DNA of 64,000 nt from an uncultured Candidatus Rokubacteria bacterium (GTDB lineage: Bacteria > Methylomirabilota > Methylomirabilia > Rokubacteriales > CSP1-6). Below, in pieces: positions 58,606 to 64,000 of the stretch. The position numbers and the translations under genes were made by a program. How positions within the stretch are numbered: position 1 is the first letter of the stretch; each line of letters starts with the position of its first letter. Under the pieces are notes generated by a model that was not told the origin of the DNA, did not search any database, and worked only from the letters and a program-made list of their open reading frames with translations. The stretch spans positions 128,001 to 192,000 of the forward strand of contig CAVVEU010000029.1 in assembly GCA_963747235.1 (NCBI GenBank), written 5' to 3'.

Positions 58606-59907
58606 TCAGCGCATCAGGCTCGGAAGCCAGAGGGAGATGATGGGGAAGGCCACCAGGATGGCGAGCCGGATCACGTCGGCCCACATGAAGGGCATCACCC
58701 CGCGGAAGACGGTGCCGGTCGAGACGTGGGGCAGCAGGCTCTTCAGCACGAACATGTTCATGCCCACCGGCGGGCTGATGAGCCCGATCTCCACCACGCA
58801 GACGATGATGATGCCGAACCACACCGGATCGAGGCCCAGGTGCACGATCACCGGGAAGAACACCGGCATGGTCAGCAGCACCATGGACAGCTCCTCCATG
58901 GCGGTGCCCAGCACCACGTAGATCGCGCAGATGGCCGCCACCACCATCAACGGGCTCAGCCCGAGGCTGCGTGACGAGCGCCTTGAGGTCGGCGGGCATG
59001 CGTGGTGATGTTGACGAACTCCGCGAACATCAGCGCGCCGATCAGGATCATGAACAGCATCGCGGTGGTGCGCGCGGACTCGAGCAGCGCCGCGTAGAGC
59101 GTCCGCCAGGTGAGCGCCCGGCGCGCCACCGCGAAGGCGAGCGCGCCCATCGCCCCCATCCCCGCCCCCTCGGTGGCGGTGAAGAGGCCGCCGTAGATGC
59201 CGCCCATCACGAACACGAAGAGCACCGCGACCGCCCACACGTCCTTCAGCGCGCTGAATCGCTCGCGCCACGACGACCGCGGGCCGCGGCGGGCCCCAGT
59301 CCGGATGCCGCCACGTGGTGCACACGATGGCCCCGCAGAGCAGCACCGCGCCGAGGATGCCCGGCAGCACGCCCGCGGCGAAGAGCTTGCCGATATTGGT
59401 CTCGGTGAAGACGCCGTAGATGATCATGATCGTGGACGGCGGGATCATGATCCCGAGCGTGCCCGCGCCCGCCACGGTGCCGGCGGCGAGCTGGTCGTGG
59501 TAGCCGAAGCGCTTCATGGACGGGTACGCCACCTTGGCCATGGTGGCCGCGGTCGCGATGGAGGAGCCGCAGATGCCGCCGAAGCCCGCCGAGGCCCACA
59601 CGGTGGCCATCGCGAGCCCCCCGCGAAAGTGTCCGATGAACGTGTAGGCGGCGCGAAACAGCTCCTGCGACATGCCGGCGCGGGTGACGAGGCTGCCCAT
59701 CAGGATGAAGAGCGGCACCACCGAGAGGGTGTAGTTCCGGCCCGTCTCGTAGATCTTGGTCTGGGCGGTGGCGAAGGCCACCCACCAGTTCCAGTCGCGC
59801 ATGTAGGCGTAGCCGACGATGCCCACGATGCCCATCGCGTAGGCGATGGGGATGCGCAGGAAGGCCAGCACCATCATGAGGCCCAGGCCCACCAGCCCCT
59901 CGATCAC
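58606..59907 (-). CDS. dctM: TRAP transporter large permease; indels
   Basis: PLFILMG, GSSIAT, GIMIPPS, DPVWFG and SPPVG. Confidence 0.9.
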   Translation of the reverse strand: MIEGLVGLGLMMVLAFLRIPIAYAMGIVGIVGYAYMRDWNWWVAFATAQTKIYETGRNYTLSVVPLFILMGSLVTRAGMSQELFRAAYTFIGHFRGGLAMATVWASAGFGGICGSSIATAATMAKVAYPSMKRFGYHDQLAAGTVAGAGTLGIMIPPSTIMIIYGVFTETNIGKLFAAGVLPGILGAVLLCGAIVCTTWRHPDWGPPRPAVVVARAIQRAEGRVGGRGALRVRDGRHLRRPLHRHRGGGDGGDGRARLRGGAPGAHLADALRGAARVRAHHRDAVHDPDRRADVRGVRQHHHACPPTSRRSSRSLGLSPLMVVAAICAIYVVLGTAMEELSMVLLTMPVFFPVIVHLGLDPVWFGIIIVCVVEIGLISPPVGMNMFVLKSLLPHVSTGTVFRGVMPFMWADVIRLAILVAFPIISLWLPSLMR

Positions 59908-60371
59908 CGGCGGGCCGCCATCTTGTAGAGGTGGATCACCCCGGTGAGGCCGATGGCGATGGCCATGAAGTAGACGAACGGGCCGTAGACGATGCGCAGC
60001 ACGTCGGTGGCGTCCCGGTAGGCCCAGATGCGGTCGGCCTTCAGCCACACCAGCCAGGCGAGCAGGAACATGATGGCCGCGCAGAGGGCCTGCACGCCGC
60101 GCTCGAGCACCGCGGTGCCGCGGGGGCCCAGCAGCCGGTCGATGAAGTCCATGAGGGCGTGCTCGTCGGCGTACGTGACGAGCGGCAGGCCCGCGAAGAT
60201 CAGCACCAGCAGCAGGAGCTCGGTCACCTCGAAGGCCCCCGCGAGCGGCCGGTTGAACAGGTAGCGGGCGACCACGTCCACGAAGGTGAGGAGCATCATG
60301 ACCAGCAGGATGAGGGCGGCGGCGACGCCGAGGAGGCCCTCGACGCGCCGCCCCCACTCGGCGCGGATCAC
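59904..60371 (-). CDS. dctQ: TRAP transporter small permease
   Basis: DVVARY.FN.P, E and H..MD; four TM segments; GTGA overlaps with both neighbours. Confidence 0.88.
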   Translation of the reverse strand: MIRAEWGRRVEGLLGVAAALILLVMMLLTFVDVVARYLFNRPLAGAFEVTELLLLVLIFAGLPLVTYADEHALMDFIDRLLGPRGTAVLERGVQALCAAIMFLLAWLVWLKADRIWAYRDATDVLRIVYGPFVYFMAIAIGLTGVIHLYKMAARR

Positions 60372-61410
60372 TTCTCGGCGGCGACCTTCTTCAGCTCGGC
60401 CCGGAACTCGGCCAGGATCTTGGCCGCGTCCACGCCCTTGGCGGAGGCCTTCTTGATCCAGTCCTCCACGATGGGCGCGGAGCGCTTCTGCACTTCCGCG
60501 GTGAAGGCGGCGTCCGCGTTCACGATCTTGACGCCCGACTTCTTGAGCGCGTCGAGCCCCTTCACGTCCGCCTCGTCCCAGGAGCGGCCGGCCAGGCGGG
60601 CGATGTGCTCGCCGGAGAGCTTGGTGATCGCGTCCTGGTCCTGCTTGGGCAGCTTGTTCCACTTGTCCTCGTTCATGAAGAAGCCGAAGGCGGAGCTGTA
60701 CATGCCGCCCGGGAAGAGCGTGGCCTGCTCGAGCACGGTCTCGAGCTTGAACGAGACGATGGACTCGAGCGGGAAGAACACCCCGTCGGCCACGCCGCCC
60801 TTGAGCAGCTCGTAGGACTCGGGCGCGGGCTTCACGAACGCGGACGCCCCGAGGGCCTTGGCCACCGCCTCCGCGATGCCGCCGCCGGTGCGGATCTTGA
60901 GCCCCTGCACGTCGCCGATGCCGGCCACCGGCTTCTTGGTGAACATCTGGCCGGGGCCGTGGGTGAAGACGCCGAGCAGCTTCACGCCCTTGTACTCGCC
61001 GACCTCGTGGAAGTGCTTCCAGTAGATGCGGGAGTAGGCCACCGAGTTGACGAGGGCGGTGTCGCCCGCCCCGGGCAGCTCCGGCATCAGCGGCAGGATG
61101 TGCCGCGCCGGGGTGTAGCTCGCGGTGACGTAGGAGAGGTCCACGAGGCCGTCCCGCACCGCGTCGAAGGTGCCGGGGGGCGCGGACGGGTGCTTCGGCA
61201 GCATGGTGAACTTGACGCGACCGTTGGTCGCCTTCTCCACCTCGGTCGCCCAGCCCTGCAGCACGACGCTGGTCAGGTGATGCTGCGGCGACACCCACGA
61301 GGACATCGTGAGCGTGGTGGTCTGCGCGATCGCGGGCGCGGCCGTGATGGCCCAGCGACCAGCGCGGCCAGCCCCAGCTCGGCCAGAATGACTCTCAGCA
61401 CATTCACCAT
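60368..61410 (-). CDS. dctP: TRAP substrate-binding protein; indel in the signal peptide
   Basis: TNGRVK, GLKIRT, E.YE.L..GVADG and MN..KWNKLP. Confidence 0.9.
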
Positions 61411-61574
61411 ATGGTCTCCCTCCAGGTGGGCGTGACGGCTCTCGGCGGAGCGTAGTGTATCGCAGGTCCGGCGGCCCCGGGATACCCTTGCGTACGCGGC
61501 GGGGGCGCGGTAGAAGGAAGGTCCATGAAACAGACCGGCGCCTCCGGCTTCCGTCCGCAATAGCCCGCTCCCCG

Positions 61575-62379
61575 ATGCCCAAGCGCGTCGAGGGCAAGGC
61601 GGCCATCGTCGTCGGAGGCGGCCAGACCCCGGGCCAGACGGTCGGCAATGGCCGGGCCACCGCCATCGTGCTGGGTCGGGAAGGCGCCCGGGTCTGCGTG
61701 GTGGACCGGGAGCTGGCCTCCGCCCAGGAGACGGCCGATCTCATCAAGAAGGACGGCGGGGAGGCCTGGGCCTTCGCGGCCGACGTCACCCGCGAGGACG
61801 ACGTCCAAGCGCCTGATCGCGGCGGCGCTCGAGCAGGCCGGGCGGATCGACATCCTGCACAACAACGTCGGCGCGAGCCTGGCCCTGGGCGACGCGGTCG
61901 CCACCGATCTCACCGAGGAGGCCTTCGACCGGAGCCTCGCGGTGAATCTGAAAGCCACCTGGCTCACCTGCAAGCACGCCCTGCCCGCCCTGCGGGAGGC
62001 GCACGGGTCCATCGTGAACATCTCGTCCATGGCCGCGCTGAACGCCTACCCGCTGGTGGGCTACAAGACCACCAAGGCCGCGGTGGTCGCCTTCACCGAG
62101 AACCTGGCCGCCCACAACGCGAAGTACGGCGTCCGCGCCAACTCGATCCTGCCCGGGCTGATGAACACCCCGATGGCGATCGAGTCGCGCGTGGCGGCCG
62201 GGACGCCTCGAGATGAAGTCATCGCCGCGCGCGACCGCCGGGTCCCGCTCGGCCGGCGCATGGGCACCGGGTGGGACGTGGCCAACGCGGCGCTCTTCCT
62301 GCACTCGGAGGAGGCCGGCTTCATCACCGGGGTCTCGCTCATCGTGGACGGCGGCGAGAGCGTGAGCTGGGGCTCCTGA
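61575..62379 (+). CDS. SDR-family oxidoreductase; indel near 61808
   Basis: GxxxGNG, HNNVG, NISS, YKTTK (YxxxK), PG and DGG. Confidence 0.9.
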
Positions 62380-63179
62380 TGGCGGCGCCCGCGCTGCCCG
62401 AGAACGCCTACCGCGCGCGCGCCGAGCGCGGGGAAGTCCAGATCGGCACGTGGATCACGATGATCCGCACGCCGTCGATCCTGACGTTGCTGCAGACCGC
62501 CGGCCTCGACTACGCCCGGCTCGACCTCGAGCACTCCGCGTTCTCGATCGAGACGGTGGCGGACATGGCGTCGCTCGCGCGAGCGCTCAACTTCCCGCTG
62601 GTCGTCCGCCCGCCGGAGGGCAATCGCGAGTGGATCACGCGGCTGCTCGACGCGGGGGTGTGGAACCTCCACATCCCACAGGTCGAGAACGCGCGGCAGG
62701 CGGCGGAGGTGGTGGCGGCCACGCGCTACGCCCCGCTGGGCTCGCGCGGCATGTACGGCTCGGGCCCGCACACCGGCTTCCACGCGCGCCCGCCCGCCGA
62801 GCACCTGGCGACCGCCAACGCCCGCGTGCACGTCACCGCGATGCTCGAGAGCAAGCACGCCTTCGACCACCTCGACGAGATCGCGGCGGTGCCGGGCATC
62901 GACGCGCTCACCATCGGCCCCACCGACCTGTCGCAGGACCTCGGCGTCCTCGGCACCCCGGCCCAGCGTGACGTGCTCCGCGAGCACCGGGTGCGCCTGG
63001 GCGAGGCCGCGCGCAAGCACGGCAAGACGGTGGCGATGGCGGTGGACACGATCGAGGCGGTGCGCGAGGTGATCGCGCTCGGCGCCACCATCATCAACTA
63101 CTCGTCGGACACGAACGTGCTGCGCTCCACCTACGCGGCCGCGGTCGCGGAGATCCGCACCCCAAAGGAGAGGTCATGA
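62379..63179 (+). CDS. HpcH/HpaI aldolase family protein
   Basis: DLEH, VVRP, LDAG, P.G.RG, MLES and GPTDLS. Confidence 0.9.
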   Translation: MAAPALPENAYRARAERGEVQIGTWITMIRTPSILTLLQTAGLDYARLDLEHSAFSIETVADMASLARALNFPLVVRPPEGNREWITRLLDAGVWNLHIPQVENARQAAEVVAATRYAPLGSRGMYGSGPHTGFHARPPAEHLATANARVHVTAMLESKHAFDHLDEIAAVPGIDALTIGPTDLSQDLGVLGTPAQRDVLREHRVRLGEAARKHGKTVAMAVDTIEAVREVIALGATIINYSSDTNVLRSTYAAAVAEIRTPKERS

Positions 63180-64000
63180 AGATCAAGGCGGTCAACGGCT
63201 TCGCGCGCATCCTCAAGTCCGAAGGCACCCCGTGGGTGAGCTGCTACCCGACGAGCCCGGTCAACAACGCGCTCGGCGAGGAGGGCATGCCCATCCTCAT
63301 GATGGGCGAGGAGCGCTTCGCGGTCGCGGTGGCCGACAGCTTCTCCCGCGTGACCAACGGCAAGCAGATCGGCGTGTGCACGGTCATGGCCGGCCTCAAC
63401 GCGGCGGGCATCCAGATGGCCTTCGGCGCCATCGCGCAGGCGTGGGAGGACTCCTCCCCGCTGCTGGTGATCGCGGAGGGCCTGGGCGTCGGGGCCAGCC
63501 GCCACACCCACTTCGACATGGCCGAGGCGTTCCGGCCGGTCACCAAGTGGGTGGGCAAGGTGGACCGCGCCGACCTCATCCCCGAGTACACGCGCCGCGC
63601 CTACACCCACCTGCGCTCCGGCCGGCCGGGCCCGGTGCTGCTGCTGATCCCGCGCGACCTGGGCGAGTACGACGCGGACGAGCATCCCTACTCGCCGGTG
63701 AAGGGCTGGCGCACCGGGCCCGATCCGGACGACGTCAAGGCGGCCATCCGCGCGCTGCTCTCGGCCAAGGATCCCCTGCTGCACATCGGCGAGGGCGTCT
63801 GCTACGCGGACGCGGCGGCCGAGCTGCTGCAGTTCGCGGAGGCGGCCCAGATCCCGGTGATGACCACGCTCAAGGGCAAGGGCGTGTTCCCGGAGAACCA
63901 CCCGCTGTCCATCGGCGTGCGCGGCTCGATGGTCGATCACTTCCTGCGCAAGTGCGATCTGCTCTTCTCGGTCGGCTCGAGCCTCTTCCCCGGCCGCTTC
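63176..64000 (+). CDS. TPP-binding enzyme, acetolactate-synthase-like (runs off the 3' end of the window)
   Basis: ATG overlaps the upstream TGA; EERFAVAVAD, SGRPGPV, TTLKGKG and ENHPL; no stop before 64000. Confidence 0.85.
   Translation, partial: MKIKAVNGFARILKSEGTPWVSCYPTSPVNNALGEEGMPILMMGEERFAVAVADSFSRVTNGKQIGVCTVMAGLNAAGIQMAFGAIAQAWEDSSPLLVIAEGLGVGASRHTHFDMAEAFRPVTKWVGKVDRADLIPEYTRRAYTHLRSGRPGPVLLLIPRDLGEYDADEHPYSPVKGWRTGPDPDDVKAAIRALLSAKDPLLHIGEGVCYADAAAELLQFAEAAQIPVMTTLKGKGVFPENHPLSIGVRGSMVDHFLRKCDLLFSVGSSLFPGRF

Overview
High-GC (roughly 70% by eye) bacterial DNA, densely coding, with about 50 genes. Most are accessory catabolic or transport genes: family-5 and family-1 solute-binding proteins, three LLM oxidoreductases, three amidohydrolases, two class III CoA-transferases, two TPP enzymes, a P450, four MFS permeases and a TRAP system. 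There is also a signalling cluster and alr. The gene content resembles Candidatus Rokubacteria (inference only). More than 30 single-base indels split otherwise intact genes, which looks like uncorrected long-read error, so many ORFs in the supplied track are chimeric. No rRNA, tRNA, CRISPR or transposase was seen. The main hidden feature is a selenoprotein. The ORFs 15001..15720 and 15745..16443 are one PrdB/GrdB-family gene (15250..16443) with an in-frame UGA in a U-x-x-C motif, and a perfect SECIS-like hairpin sits 11 nt downstream. The protein carries an extra C-terminal domain and has no Prd/Grd partners in the window; it ends a run of TPP enzyme, CoA-transferase and MDR reductase genes. 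Also notable: a eukaryote-type bifunctional PFK-2/FBPase-2, a ~2300-aa hybrid kinase with 10 GAF domains wired to a HisKA-REC-cyclase, and four copies of a BoxC/REP-like palindrome.
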